Part shown: positions 37,470 through 47,733 of the stretch, one piece after another
Position numbering within the stretch: position 1 is the first letter of the stretch
How the letters are laid out: every line of letters starts with the position of its first letter
Assembly: GCA_903841185.1 (NCBI GenBank)
Contig: CAIMIV010000059.1
Location: forward strand, 32,442 to 96,441
Reading direction: 5' to 3'
Length of the DNA stretch: 64,000 nucleotides
Source: an uncultured bacterium
Lineage (GTDB): Bacteria; Patescibacteriota; Minisyncoccia; Moranbacterales; UBA2206
Position numbers and translations under genes: made by a program
Notes under the pieces: model-generated
The model's input: only the letters and a program-made list of their open reading frames with translations
Told to the model about the DNA's origin: nothing
Databases searched by the model: none

Positions 37470-38378
37470 ATGGAACAAATAACTTCCACCAAATTCACCT
37501 GGATTGATATCCGCGAACCTAATGCGGATGACATCTTGAAAGTGCAAAAAGAGTTCAATCTTCATCCCCTAATCATCGAGGAGTTTTCCACCCCCACCTT
37601 GCGACCCAAAGCGGTGGAATATGGCAATGCGCTTTTTCTCACTATTCATGTCCCTCTTTTTGACGTCAAGCTGAAAAAAACCTATCCGGGAGAACTGGAT
37701 ATCGTGGTGACGGAAAACGCTCTTATCACAGCGCATGACGAAGACATTTGGCAGTTGACTGAATTCTTCAAGGAAATCGCCGGAGACAAAGACAAGCAAG
37801 CAGAATTTATGTCAGACTCCCCCGCCACTCTGCTGCGCATCGTGCTAGAGGTCATTTTGGAATCTTGCTTTCCCAAGTTGGATCACATCTCCCACAAACT
37901 AGATCACATTGAAACAGAAATTTTTGCCGAGCACGAAAAAGAAATGGTATTGGAACTATCTGTTGTCAAAAGAGACATCCTAAATTTTCGTAGAACCATG
38001 AAACCGCAACGATCCGTCCTGGAATCCCTGCTACAAGGAAACTATACGCTGATTACCAAGGAGATGAAGCCCTATTACCAGGACTTAATCGGTACCAATA
38101 TCCGTGTGTGGAATGCCCTGGAAAGCGCCAAGGAAACCATTGAATCCTTGGAAGAAACGAACAATTCCCTTCTGTCCAACAAGCTAGATATGACGATGAA
38201 AGTTTTGACTCTTTTTTCAGCTATTCTCCTGCCCCTAACTGTCTATTCCAATATCATGTCGATGAGCACGGACATTCCCTTTCACACTAGTCCCAGCGCT
38301 TTTTGGTTCCATGTTGGCATTATGACAGCCATCGCCATTTTCACTATTGTGCTTTTTAAAATGCGCAAATGGCTATAA
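37470..38378 (+). CDS. CorA-family divalent cation transporter with a non-canonical pore motif.
   Basis: 302 aa. Cytoplasmic alpha/beta domain plus two C-terminal TM helices. At the position of the GMN signature it reads ..TVYSNIMSMSTDIPF.. Confidence 0.7.
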   Translation: MEQITSTKFTWIDIREPNADDILKVQKEFNLHPLIIEEFSTPTLRPKAVEYGNALFLTIHVPLFDVKLKKTYPGELDIVVTENALITAHDEDIWQLTEFFKEIAGDKDKQAEFMSDSPATLLRIVLEVILESCFPKLDHISHKLDHIETEIFAEHEKEMVLELSVVKRDILNFRRTMKPQRSVLESLLQGNYTLITKEMKPYYQDLIGTNIRVWNALESAKETIESLEETNNSLLSNKLDMTMKVLTLFSAILLPLTVYSNIMSMSTDIPFHTSPSAFWFHVGIMTAIAIFTIVLFKMRKWL

Positions 38379-38526
38379 GCAATCAATTTTCAATGACCAA
38401 TTTTCAATTTTGAATCAAATTCCAATGTCTGAATTTTTTAATTTTAAAAAATTTAACAATTCAAAATTCTTGCCTACCGGCAGGCAGGGATTCCAAATTC
38501 ATAATTCAACCTTCAAAATTAATCCC

Positions 38527-39945
38527 ATGTTAAATATCTACAATACCCTCAGTCGCAAAAAAGAAACTTTCAAACCTATCAACCCCGGCAAAGTCGGGAT
38601 GTATGTGTGCGGACCGACAGTGTATGATCATTGCCATTTGGGGCATGGTCGAGGCTACGTCTCTATGGATGTTATTCGCAAATACCTGGAATATTCCGGC
38701 TATGAAGTGCGCTACATCATGAACTACACTGATGTGGGACATTTAGTCAATGATGCGGAGGTGGGTGAAGACAAGATTGAAAGAAAGGCTAAGACTGAAA
38801 AAATTGACCCGATTGCAATTGCTGATTATTATATCCAGTCTTGCAAAGAAGATTTTGCCGCCCTCAACATCAAGCCGGCCACTTTCAATCCTCGCCCCAC
38901 CAAGTATGTTGATCAAATGATCAAATTCACTCAAGGCTTGATTGAAAAAGGCTTTGCCTATGAATCCAACGGTTCGGTCTATTTTTCCGTCGAGAAGTTT
39001 CCTGAATACGGAAAACTTTCCGGCAGAAAAACAGAGGAGTTGCTGGCCGGAGCCCGCGTGGAAATTGATCCCAATAAAAGAAGTCCCTTGGATTTTGCCC
39101 TGTGGATAAAAGCGGATACTGATCATATTTTGCAATGGAAAAGCCCGTGGAGCGTTGGCTACCCCGGTTGGCACATTGAATGCAGTGTGATGAGTTGCGA
39201 TCTGTTGGGAGAAAACACCTTCGATATCCATGGCGGGGGCAACGAAAACGCCTTTCCGCATAACGAAAATGAAATTGCCCAAAGCGAAGCCTACACCGGG
39301 CAGAAAATGGCCAACTACTGGATGCTGTGGAATATGGTAAACGTGGACGGGGTCAAAGCCAGCAAATCCTTGGGCAATGCCCTCTCCATCAAAGATGCCC
39401 TGGAAAAATATGCCGCGGCTGTCATCCGACTCTGGATAATCAGCTCCCACTATCGTAGCGTGATGAACTATACTGAAGAATCTTTGGACCAAGCCAAGAC
39501 AAACCTGCAAAAAATCAACGATTTTGTTTTGAATATGGAAGCGCTTTCCACCGCCGGAACCCCGCCATCGGACTTCGATATTGAGCCCTATCGCGAGAAA
39601 TTTGAAGCGGCGATGGATGACGACCTGAACACCCCCCTAGCTCTCAGCGGGCTCTATGAGCTCATAACCGAGACAAATAAATTGCTTGTGGAATCCTCTC
39701 TGGGCGCCCCGGACGCGAAAAAAATTCTCGCTTTCTGGAAAAGAATCAATGCCGTTTTTGGCCTGGAATTGATTGGCCAAGTGGAGATTCCCCAAGAAAT
39801 TCTGGAACTGGTGAAAAAGCGAGAAGAAGCTCGTCAAAACAAAGATTTCCCGACCTCAGACCAATTGCGTGACGAAATTGAAAAATTAGGGTATATTATT
39901 GAGGACACCAAGGATAATAATTTCATAATCAAGCCGGCTAAATAA
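38527..39945 (+). CDS. cysS: Cysteinyl-tRNA synthetase. The start is trimmed to [13 protein letters not shown].
   Basis: HIGH-type motif [14 protein letters not shown]-type motif KASKSLGN, and a DALR-like C-terminus. The track ORF begins 60 codons upstream, in the intergenic GC palindrome. Confidence 0.9.
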   Translation: MLNIYNTLSRKKETFKPINPGKVGMYVCGPTVYDHCHLGHGRGYVSMDVIRKYLEYSGYEVRYIMNYTDVGHLVNDAEVGEDKIERKAKTEKIDPIAIADYYIQSCKEDFAALNIKPATFNPRPTKYVDQMIKFTQGLIEKGFAYESNGSVYFSVEKFPEYGKLSGRKTEELLAGARVEIDPNKRSPLDFALWIKADTDHILQWKSPWSVGYPGWHIECSVMSCDLLGENTFDIHGGGNENAFPHNENEIAQSEAYTGQKMANYWMLWNMVNVDGVKASKSLGNALSIKDALEKYAAAVIRLWIISSHYRSVMNYTEESLDQAKTNLQKINDFVLNMEALSTAGTPPSDFDIEPYREKFEAAMDDDLNTPLALSGLYELITETNKLLVESSLGAPDAKKILAFWKRINAVFGLELIGQVEIPQEILELVKKREEARQNKDFPTSDQLRDEIEKLGYIIEDTKDNNFIIKPAK

Positions 39946-39986
39946 TATTTATTTTTTATAAATAGCAATGCGGGCACAAAAAAAAT

Positions 39987-40316
39987 ATGACATCATGCGG
40001 ACCATGCGGATGTGATCACGATCACGAAGAAGAAGAAGTAGAAAAAGAGGCAGAAGAACATAGTTGTTGCGGTGGCGGCCACTGTCACGATGACCAAGCA
40101 GAAGGCGCTGACGAAGAACATGTCTGTTGCGGCGGTGAGCATTGCCACACTGAAAAAGAGGAAGATGACGAAGACGCCTGCGGTTGCGGTCACGACCACG
40201 GACACGGACACGCTCTTTCTCAGGAAGACCTGGAAAAACTCAAAGCGGCCATTACCGAAGCCGGCTACAAATTCGAAGAAACCGCTGAGGGAGAAATCAG
40301 AATCATTGAGAAATAA
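39987..40316 (+). CDS. Cys/His-rich acidic metal-binding protein (SlyD-tail-like motifs).
   Basis: 109 aa. Repeats EEHSCCGGGHCHD, EEHVCCGGEHCHT, and CGCGHDHGHGH, then a small alpha/beta-like C-terminal domain. Confidence 0.6.
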   Translation: MTSCGPCGCDHDHEEEEVEKEAEEHSCCGGGHCHDDQAEGADEEHVCCGGEHCHTEKEEDDEDACGCGHDHGHGHALSQEDLEKLKAAITEAGYKFEETAEGEIRIIEK

Positions 40317-40399
40317 CAGTACCCCTTTTCCAATAATAAAAGTCTGCAAGAAATTTTCCTTGCAGACTTTTTTATTGTGGGACACTGTCCCGCTTTTCA

Positions 40400-41470
40400 C
40401 TACTTCGGCACAGTGAACATGAAGTTGGAGTGGCCATTCCATGTGGCTTTATACCAAAGTTCACCACCATACTCTCGGATGAGATTTCGACAAAATGATA
40501 ACCCAATGCCCGTACTACCAGTTCCACTTACAAACTCTTCAAAAATTTGTTCTTCCATGCCATCAGGGACTGAATCGCCGTTATCATAAACATTCAAGAG
40601 ATAGTCGTTAGCTCTCTCTTCAGCGCCAAATGCAATTATGCCCCCCTTAATTGTGCCTTTTTTACTGGCATTTTTAATTGCATTTTCAATAAGATTATAA
40701 AAGACAATACCGAGTCTCTTATTGGCCTTTATCATAATCTTATTACCAGGAATACTACCCAATTTGTTATCAATTGTGATACCGTACCTCTTCATATCTG
40801 GAATAAGTCTTTCCAATGCCGGATCAATGATATCTTGGCGCAAATCCATAATTTCTTTTTCACCAACGCTAGCACCAAGTATTGATGAGATGGAAAGATA
40901 GTCTGTTATCACTCTTTCCAATCGTAGCAATCTCTGAGAAACATCCTCTAATGTTTCCTTGACACTCTCATCGATTGATCCATAACGCCCTCGACTAACA
41001 AGCTTAACCGTTGCATCAATTGAAGCAATTGGTGAGCGCATATCATGCGTAGCAATATTCAACATGCGCAAAATATCATCTTGCATCGCTTTGCGCTTTG
41101 TAATATCACGCGATATTCCAATCACGCCAATAATCTCACCATCAACATCCATCCATGGAAATTTAGAAACGGAAACCCAGGTTTTTTTTCCATTAGACCG
41201 AGTTAATTCTTCCTCTTGATCGATTATCGACTCACCACTCTCCATAATGGCAATCTCGCACTCTCGACATTTTTCTGCTTCATTATGCGGCAAGAAATCA
41301 AAATCCCTCTTCCCAATCATCTCTTCCCAAGGAACACCTGATCTTGCTGCTTTCGCCTCGCTAACCATAACAAAGCGCCCATCCATATCCTTAAAAAATA
41401 TAGAGTCTTCGCTATAGCGCAAAAGAGCCATCATTTCTGGACATCTATTCCTCAATTTATTACCAGCCAT
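40400..41470 (-). CDS. Cytoplasmic PAS-domain sensor histidine kinase.
   Basis: 356 aa. PAS fold, H-box ATHDMRSPIASIDA, and G-box GTGIGLSFCRNLIREYGGELW. Confidence 0.8.
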   Translation of the reverse strand: MAGNKLRNRCPEMMALLRYSEDSIFFKDMDGRFVMVSEAKAARSGVPWEEMIGKRDFDFLPHNEAEKCRECEIAIMESGESIIDQEEELTRSNGKKTWVSVSKFPWMDVDGEIIGVIGISRDITKRKAMQDDILRMLNIATHDMRSPIASIDATVKLVSRGRYGSIDESVKETLEDVSQRLLRLERVITDYLSISSILGASVGEKEIMDLRQDIIDPALERLIPDMKRYGITIDNKLGSIPGNKIMIKANKRLGIVFYNLIENAIKNASKKGTIKGGIIAFGAEERANDYLLNVYDNGDSVPDGMEEQIFEEFVSGTGSTGIGLSFCRNLIREYGGELWYKATWNGHSNFMFTVPK

Positions 41471-41570
41471 AGCACCCCCTCCTCTCCGTTGAATTCTATT
41501 AGTTTATGTTAAAAAACAGTCTCTTTCTCACGACTATCTATTCTACATCAAAATGAGTATTTTGTCAACA

Positions 41571-41616
41571 AAAAAAACTCATCCTCCCGTCAAGCGGGAT
41601 AGATGAGTCTTTTTTT
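41571..41616 (-). terminator. Bidirectional rho-independent terminator after rplL.
   Basis: A8, then actcatc-c-tcccg-tcaag-cggga-ta-gatgagt, then T7. Confidence 0.65.
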
Positions 41617-41635
41617 GTCTTCTATTGAATCGGGT

Positions 41636-42040
41636 TTATTTCAAAGTTACAGTTGCACCAGCTTCTTCCAATTTCTTCTTCATGGCTTCAGCATCAGTCT
41701 TGGATACTTTTTCTTTGATTACTTTTGGAGCAGCATCTACCAAGTCTTTAGCTTCTTTTAGTCCCAAACCAGTCACTTCTCTAACTGCCTTGATAACATT
41801 GATCTTTGAAGCACCACAAGCGGTCACTTCCACATCAAATTCACTCTTCTCTTCCACAGCAGCCGCTTCAGCAGCTGGGGCAGCTCCCATCATCATTGGA
41901 GCAGCAGCGCTAACACCAAACTTCTCTTCTAGCACTTTCACCAACTCGCTTAGATCTAACACACTCATAGTTTCAATTTCAGCCACCAGTTTTTCAAATT
42001 TTGCTGGCACTACTACGGCTTCCTTTTTTTCTTCTGTCAT
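41636..42040 (-). CDS. rplL: Ribosomal protein L7/L12.
   Basis: 134 aa. Ala/Glu hinge and the C-terminal ..[23 protein letters not shown]. Confidence 0.9.
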   Translation of the reverse strand: MTEEKKEAVVVPAKFEKLVAEIETMSVLDLSELVKVLEEKFGVSAAAPMMMGAAPAAEAAAVEEKSEFDVEVTACGASKINVIKAVREVTGLGLKEAKDLVDAAPKVIKEKVSKTDAEAMKKKLEEAGATVTLK

Positions 42041-42133
42041 ACTATTGATTTGTGGCTATCAGCTTGTAGCATATACATACTACCGACTTCTAACCTAAAT
42101 TTATTTATTAAAATTAAAAATTTATTAGCTTCT

Positions 42134-42652
42134 TTATTTCTTGTCTGCAATCGCTTGCAAAGCCGTCATCAATCCGCGCAAATTGCCGGCCAGCACATTG
42201 ACAAAGCCTGAAACCGGAGCATTGAGAGTGCCGACCAATTTGGCCAACAATTCTTCCTTGCTTGGCAACTTCGCCAGTGCATTTACTTCGTCCGCAGTCA
42301 ATTCTTTGACTCCCAGGATTCCACCCACTATTTTCAAATTCTGATTCACTTTAGCCAACTTGGCAATAATCTTAGCAGCGGCCACTTCATCCTTCTCCGA
42401 TACCGCGATAGCAATTTGTCCTTCCAAGGCGCTGATATCCATTTCAATTCCGGCATCTTTCAAGGCAATGTTGATCAAAGTCTTTTTCACCACACTCAAA
42501 TCCACTCCCTCCGCGCGCAATTCTCTTCGCAAGATGGTCATATCCTTCACCTTTAGACCTTTGTAATCAGAGAACACTACCGCTTTGGAGTTTTTCAATT
42601 TTTCTGCCAAATCCTTGACAATAACTTCTTTTTGTTGTTTGGTTTGTCCCAT
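42134..42652 (-). CDS. rplJ: Ribosomal protein L10. The start is trimmed to MGQTKQQKE.
   Basis: ..KAVVFSDYKGLKVKDMTILRRELRAEGVDLSVVKKTL.. Confidence 0.9.
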   Translation of the reverse strand: MGQTKQQKEVIVKDLAEKLKNSKAVVFSDYKGLKVKDMTILRRELRAEGVDLSVVKKTLINIALKDAGIEMDISALEGQIAIAVSEKDEVAAAKIIAKLAKVNQNLKIVGGILGVKELTADEVNALAKLPSKEELLAKLVGTLNAPVSGFVNVLAGNLRGLMTALQAIADKK

Positions 42653-42659
42653 ATTGGTA

Positions 42660-42689
42660 AATCTATTAGAAATTAAAAAATCCGCGTCA
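42660..42689 (-). promoter_or_regulatory. Leader hairpin plus U-run immediately 5' of rplJ (candidate L10-leader attenuator).
   Basis: Minus strand: aaucugcg-guuga-cgcggauu (8 bp with one G-U) followed by UUUUUAAUU, about 35 nt upstream of the rplJ ATG. Confidence 0.35.
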
Positions 42690-42799
42690 ACCGCAGATTC
42701 AAAAAGCAAACATTGCTCCTCAGTAGGATTTATGAACACCTACTATCTACGGAATATCTATTATTGTATATTGTCTATTGAAAAACGCTTTTTTGTCAA

Positions 42800-43132
42800 C
42801 TATTCAGCCTTAGGCGCTTCTGCTGCCACTTCTGTTTTAGGAGCTTCCACCACCGCTTCCACTTTTTTAGCCGGAACCTTCACATTGCGCTTTTTTCCCT
42901 CAATTACTCCCTTTCTCACGAAAAGATTATACGCCGTATCAGACATTTGCGCTCCCTGTGAGATCCAGTGCGTGATTCTTTCATTTTTCAAAACAGCTTC
43001 CTTGGAATGCGGATCATAGCTGCCCAGAATTTCAATATGGCGCCCACCTGGTGCAATCGTGTTTTCCTGCAACATTATCTTGAATTGAGCTTTGTTTCTC
43101 TTACCAACGCGAGCAAATCTTATAGTTAACAT
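42800..43132 (-). CDS. rpsP: Ribosomal protein S16.
   Basis: 110 aa, MLTIRFARVGKRNKAQFKIMLQEN..ILGSYDP.. Confidence 0.85.
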   Translation of the reverse strand: MLTIRFARVGKRNKAQFKIMLQENTIAPGGRHIEILGSYDPHSKEAVLKNERITHWISQGAQMSDTAYNLFVRKGVIEGKKRNVKVPAKKVEAVVEAPKTEVAAEAPKAE

Positions 43133-43167
43133 ATTCTATACTTAAACCTTATTTTAGTTACTTGGCT

Positions 43168-43196
43168 ATTTTACACCATGAGTTAAAAATTGTCAA
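43168..43196 (-). promoter_or_regulatory. Sigma70-type promoter for rpsP.
   Basis: Minus strand: TTGACA, a 17-nt spacer, then TAAAAT. Confidence 0.45.
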
Positions 43197-43325
43197 CAAA
43201 AACCTCAGCATCTATTTAGAGAACTTTGCAAGTATGCCCTAAAAATCCCATCCTTCCCCTGCCAGCCCCTTTTTTCGCTTTTTATTTCTAACCCTTTCTG
43301 TTAATCCAACTCTTCATTTTAGGCG

Positions 43326-43949
43326 CTATTTTTTTAGCTTATGCATGATAATCTTTATTACTGCCGGCAAAACGGAGACGGCAATCACCAGCATAATCAC
43401 GGCGGAAAAATTGTCTCGTACCAGCGGAATGTTACCAAAAAAATACCCGGCCAAAACAAAAATAGAAATCCAACTCAAGCCCCCGATAAAACTAAACAGC
43501 ACAAAGTCTCTGTATTTCATCTTGCCGATGCCCGCCACAAAAGGCGCAAATGTCCTGATAATGGGCATAAATCTAGCCAAAATCATGGTCTGCTTGCCAT
43601 GTTCTTGAAAAAAAGTTTGCGTTTTGTCAATGTGGCTTTGTTTGATAGGAATGCGGTGATTATCGACTATTTTTTGCCCAAAAAAATGACCAATCCAATA
43701 ATTGGAGTTGTCACCCAAAAAGGAAGCCGCCCAAAGCAGGAAGAACAACACCCCTATATTCAGGGATCCCAAGGCCGCAAACATGCCGGCCGCAAACAAC
43801 AAGGAATCTCCCGGCAAAAAGGGCGTGACCACAAAGCCGGTTTCGGCAAAAATAACAAAAAACAAGATGCCATAGGTCAGGATGCCATATTCCACAATAA
43901 TCTTGCCCAGATGCACATCTACATGCAAGATAAAATCAATAATTCCCAT
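43326..43949 (-). CDS. DedA/SNARE-associated family membrane protein.
   Basis: 207 aa. ..GFVVTPFLPGDSLLFAAG.. and ..ARFMPIIRTFAPFVAGIGKM.. Confidence 0.8.
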   Translation of the reverse strand: MGIIDFILHVDVHLGKIIVEYGILTYGILFFVIFAETGFVVTPFLPGDSLLFAAGMFAALGSLNIGVLFFLLWAASFLGDNSNYWIGHFFGQKIVDNHRIPIKQSHIDKTQTFFQEHGKQTMILARFMPIIRTFAPFVAGIGKMKYRDFVLFSFIGGLSWISIFVLAGYFFGNIPLVRDNFSAVIMLVIAVSVLPAVIKIIMHKLKK

Positions 43950-44097
43950 AATTCTAAAAAAATAATTAAAAAAATAAAGGCGATCAGCTTTGTCGTGCTA
44001 CAATATTCAAGGTAACTCCAGTATACCATACAAAATACCAGCTCGACAACAAAAAAAACACACCCATCCCTGGGTGCGTCTTTGGCTTTTTTAGTCG

Positions 44098-44499
44098 TTA
44101 TTCAGTTGTCTGGCCGTCAAATTCCGGACTATCTACCTCAGCCTCCCCTTTTGTCGCCCGTTCAATGCCGTCCAGGTGGTGCGCCGGAGCATAGATAGTG
44201 TAGAGCTTGAGATCCTCCGTGGCGGAGGTGTTGATCACGTTATGCTGCGCGCCGGTAGGAACAATCACAGCGTCCCCGTCGCCGACCACGTATTCCGTTT
44301 CATCGATAATGACCCTACCCTCACCGGACTCAAAACGGAAGAATTGGTCATTGCCGGTGTGCACCTCTGAACCGATGTCCTCGCCGGGCTTAAGCGACAT
44401 CAACACCAGCTGGCAATGCGGAGCGGTGTAGAGCACCTTGCGGAAAGACGCATTGGCCAACGTCAGCTTTTCGATATTGTCCTTGTAACCTTTTTTCAT
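44098..44499 (-). CDS. Cupin-domain protein.
   Basis: 133 aa. Cupin motifs G(X)5HxH..E (..GEDIGSEVHTGNDQFFRFESG.. and ..PTGAQHNVIN..). Confidence 0.6.
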   Translation of the reverse strand: MKKGYKDNIEKLTLANASFRKVLYTAPHCQLVLMSLKPGEDIGSEVHTGNDQFFRFESGEGRVIIDETEYVVGDGDAVIVPTGAQHNVINTSATEDLKLYTIYAPAHHLDGIERATKGEAEVDSPEFDGQTTE

Positions 44500-44638
44500 A
44501 TCCTTATTTTTTTAATTTATTACAGAGACTAATACACTTCAACGGAAATCTTCTTTCAATGGCATTGCCGAACTAGATTATGACATTCAAAAAAACCGCC
44601 ATTGCTGGCGGTCTTAAGTCTGTTGTAAAGAATCCCTC

Positions 44639-45304
44639 TTATTTTCTGAAAAGTTTCACCGCCCAACCGAACAGACTGAATTGACTCTCATTCTGAGTGA
44701 TAAAGTTGTTGATGCTTGCCTGCTCATGCTCCAAGGTTTGGATTTGAGCTTGCAGTTCAACTTTGTCTCCTTCGTTCTCCGCCCGATCGGCCAATCGCTT
44801 CAGCTGATCGATTTGATTTCGCGTTTGCACCATTTGGCTGCGCAATTCTCCCAGGTTTTTATAACTCGTACCGATGAAAAATGTCTTCACCTTGCTTCTG
44901 CTTCCAACCGCGTTCACCAGGTCAGCGGTCCTGTCCTTGGTGTCATTTTGCTGATTGGCGATGACTCGCACCTCCTGTCCGATGCCGCCCTCCCGGTCAG
45001 CCACAGCCAGCAGACTCTGCACGAAAGTCGCCACTGCGTTTCGGTGCGACTCCGCATTGAATTTTCCGTTTTTTTCTTTCTTTTCTTTCTTCACTGTTTC
45101 CTGAGTTGCAGTTGCAGTAGTAGTTTGGGTTGCATCATTAGTCACAGCTGCAGCTGAATCCTTACCTGAATTGCCCTTATTCGCTTGTGCCTCCATAACT
45201 TTGTCCGATTTCGCTACGACAGCGCCTTGAGCTGAGACGGAAGAAACTAAGGCGATGGCAAATACTACTGCCAAAATTAGAGCCCGGCTTGTTTTATTTT
45301 TCAT
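44639..45304 (-). CDS. Secreted hypothetical protein with a coiled-coil C-terminus.
   Basis: 221 aa. Signal peptide, a T/A-rich linker, and a heptad-rich C-terminus. Confidence 0.5.
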   Translation of the reverse strand: MKNKTSRALILAVVFAIALVSSVSAQGAVVAKSDKVMEAQANKGNSGKDSAAAVTNDATQTTTATATQETVKKEKKEKNGKFNAESHRNAVATFVQSLLAVADREGGIGQEVRVIANQQNDTKDRTADLVNAVGSRSKVKTFFIGTSYKNLGELRSQMVQTRNQIDQLKRLADRAENEGDKVELQAQIQTLEHEQASINNFITQNESQFSLFGWAVKLFRK

Positions 45305-45359
45305 AATTTATTGCTTACTTATTAATTGGTTTTATTATACTACCGAAAGAACATAAACG

Positions 45360-45860
45360 CTATCCCCGATCAGCTATTCCTTGTAGCCTCGTTGCGTCTT
45401 TAATAATTTTCACGCTATCAATTGAATTATAAAATTTTATCTTAGCCATATTATCCAAATCAATCCACTCTGGCATGCTGGCATATTTTTTTTCATTTTC
45501 ATCGAAATTGTCCATGGTCAGCCTGCCGCCAATATTTTCACACAAAAAATACATCAAAATTGAATGGACATGCTCGCCCGCAAAAGTCAACTTGAAAAAT
45601 GAATTTTCGCAGGCGACCACTTGGCCCATCGCAATTTCAACTCCCGTCTCTTCCATGACCTCTCTTTTCAAGGCTTCTTCGATAGTTTCTCCGAGCTCCA
45701 TTCCCCCTCCCGGAAAATCATAGCCGTCCCATTGTTTCGAAAGTAGGATTTTTCCATTTTCGATAATCACCGCATAAACGGAAGGCCGAAATGATAATTC
45801 ACTTACTGGCACTTTAAACTTGTGTCCTTCGATATCACTGCAAATAATTTCCTTTTCCAT
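45360..45860 (-). CDS. NUDIX hydrolase.
   Basis: 166 aa. Nudix box GGGMELGETIEEALKREVMEETGVEI. Confidence 0.75.
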   Translation of the reverse strand: MEKEIICSDIEGHKFKVPVSELSFRPSVYAVIIENGKILLSKQWDGYDFPGGGMELGETIEEALKREVMEETGVEIAMGQVVACENSFFKLTFAGEHVHSILMYFLCENIGGRLTMDNFDENEKKYASMPEWIDLDNMAKIKFYNSIDSVKIIKDATRLQGIADRG

Positions 45861-45930
45861 ATTTTATAATTATATAAAATCAATACTGCTGTCCAAACTG
45901 TTTTTAGGCAAAAAAGAGCATTTGCATATA

Positions 45931-47532
45931 TTACAATATTTCTTTTAGTCTATCTTCTGCATCTTCAATTTTTATACGACTCACGCGATGCATCCTATTG
46001 AACTTTTTCCAGAAATTTTCTCCCAGCAAAGCCGTTATGCTATCCAAAAAAACTTTATACTCATTGCTTTTATTTTTCACCTCTTGCATTACACTAATTT
46101 CATCCGGAGTGAAATATCTTTCAATTGTTCCATCTATCGCCCCCACCCTATGAAATTCATTTAGTGATTTTTGTATTTCGCTGATCGCTGTTTCTCTGGC
46201 ACGATAATCATCCGGCGTATCAACCAGCAAGCCACCCTCATCATCAATCAAATTTCCCTCCCCATATTGAAATGCCCGATACATATTCCACAATCCTCTC
46301 GTATAGCTTCCGCCCTCTGTCCGAGGAATCTCAATTCTTCCAATTGCAGCCGCCAGCATCTTATTATTGCCCATTATTCTTCCGCTTTCAGAAATCGTTT
46401 GCGCATTCGCAATATCCTCTCCACCCGTCTTCACATTCATTCCACCAATATGTGCATACATGCCGGCTGTTTGAGTTGCAACACCATGTGCCTCCTTTTT
46501 GATATCGCGACCCTCAATCACGGCCTTATCATTTATGGCAATTTTCAGTTTATGGTAATATTTATATCTCCTTGTCTCAAAATCTATGATTCTAGCAAGC
46601 TCTTCTTCCGTCAAAATATGCAATCCATTTTCATCTTCGACACGATTATCAATTCTTGCTCGTTCCTGCCGCCCCCTAATCGCATCCACATCTCCCATAG
46701 CATATCCGTCGAAACATTCCTTGACCCAGTGAGCATCAAAAATCGTATCAGCCCCATAATAACCGATTATTTGCGGGTTATTTCGTTGACGCATCAAAGC
46801 AATGTCCATTCCCAATTTGCTCGCAATGCCCACTCCTGCCAAATTTTCCTTTTCCCCTTTTTTATTTATATGGATTCTCAGAAAGTCCTGTTCTATTTTT
46901 AAAATTTTTATCTTCGATCTTTTACTGAATTCATCTACCAATTGCATAGTCCTGTCCGGATGCTCTCCAAGTCTAGCTCCATTTTCATCATAATCGTTTA
47001 TATTTGGTCTTTCACCTGTCGGATAATTCACAACCACAATAACTTCAAATTCACTCGGCTCTATTCCTGTTTGTTTCTCAAGCGACTCCAGTGTTTCAAT
47101 AATAACTTTCTCTTCCCTATATGCAGGTAGCACCAGTGACAATCTGCAATTTTCATCAATCGGATTTTTCTCAAGTGTCTCAAACTGTTTTTGTAATATC
47201 ACCCCGTATTCCGCTCTATATAACTCTGGCACCTTGTCCAACACATGATTTTCAATATACGGCTCAACTTCCGAAGCATAGCGCTTGGTATTTTCTCGAT
47301 AACTCACTTCCCCGTTTTCCTGCGTAATAAATTTCCTACGGATTACCTCTATTTTTTCACTATCTGCAACTCCCTGACTCTCCCTATCCATTTCCAATAA
47401 TCGCTCTGCTTTTTTGTAGTCCTCACTACTTGGCTCATCGTCCTCCCCTCTTTTCAATTTCAATTCCAAGGCCCTATCCCTGATATCATAGGCCTCGTCT
47501 TGCGCTTGTACTAAATTATATTTCTCAACCAT
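45931..47532 (-). CDS. Putative GT-A fold (GT2-like) glycosyltransferase with an N-terminal charged extension.
   Basis: 533 aa. A GT2-like motif LSLVLPAYREEKVIIETLESL about 110 aa in. Acidic clusters (NDYDENG, GGEDIA). Confidence 0.4.
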   Translation of the reverse strand: MVEKYNLVQAQDEAYDIRDRALELKLKRGEDDEPSSEDYKKAERLLEMDRESQGVADSEKIEVIRRKFITQENGEVSYRENTKRYASEVEPYIENHVLDKVPELYRAEYGVILQKQFETLEKNPIDENCRLSLVLPAYREEKVIIETLESLEKQTGIEPSEFEVIVVVNYPTGERPNINDYDENGARLGEHPDRTMQLVDEFSKRSKIKILKIEQDFLRIHINKKGEKENLAGVGIASKLGMDIALMRQRNNPQIIGYYGADTIFDAHWVKECFDGYAMGDVDAIRGRQERARIDNRVEDENGLHILTEEELARIIDFETRRYKYYHKLKIAINDKAVIEGRDIKKEAHGVATQTAGMYAHIGGMNVKTGGEDIANAQTISESGRIMGNNKMLAAAIGRIEIPRTEGGSYTRGLWNMYRAFQYGEGNLIDDEGGLLVDTPDDYRARETAISEIQKSLNEFHRVGAIDGTIERYFTPDEISVMQEVKNKSNEYKVFLDSITALLGENFWKKFNRMHRVSRIKIEDAEDRLKEIL

Positions 47533-47733
47533 AAAAATCTTTAAATTAACTTATACCCATTTTACCACGAAAAGCTCCACTCGCCTACTGTCCTATGAAA
47601 AAAAGAGGCTGCCCAAAGCCTCTTTTTATGTCCACACGGGCTAAAACTATTTTAATGCATGTATTTAAAATAAAAGGGCTACGCATAGCGTAACCCTTTG
47701 GGAATAAATTATTTTTTAGTTCCCACTTGTTTG

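Noticed and set aside
38347-38526. A 60-codon N-terminal extension of the cysS ORF in the track.
   Set aside because: The extension runs through the intergenic REP-like palindrome and has no cysS homology. The conserved N-terminus begins at [13 protein letters not shown] (38527).
38530-39837. Minus-strand ORFs (66-255 aa) inside cysS.
   Set aside because: They are antisense to cysS. The 255-aa frame is Gly/Phe-rich and comes from the mirror of GC-rich codons.
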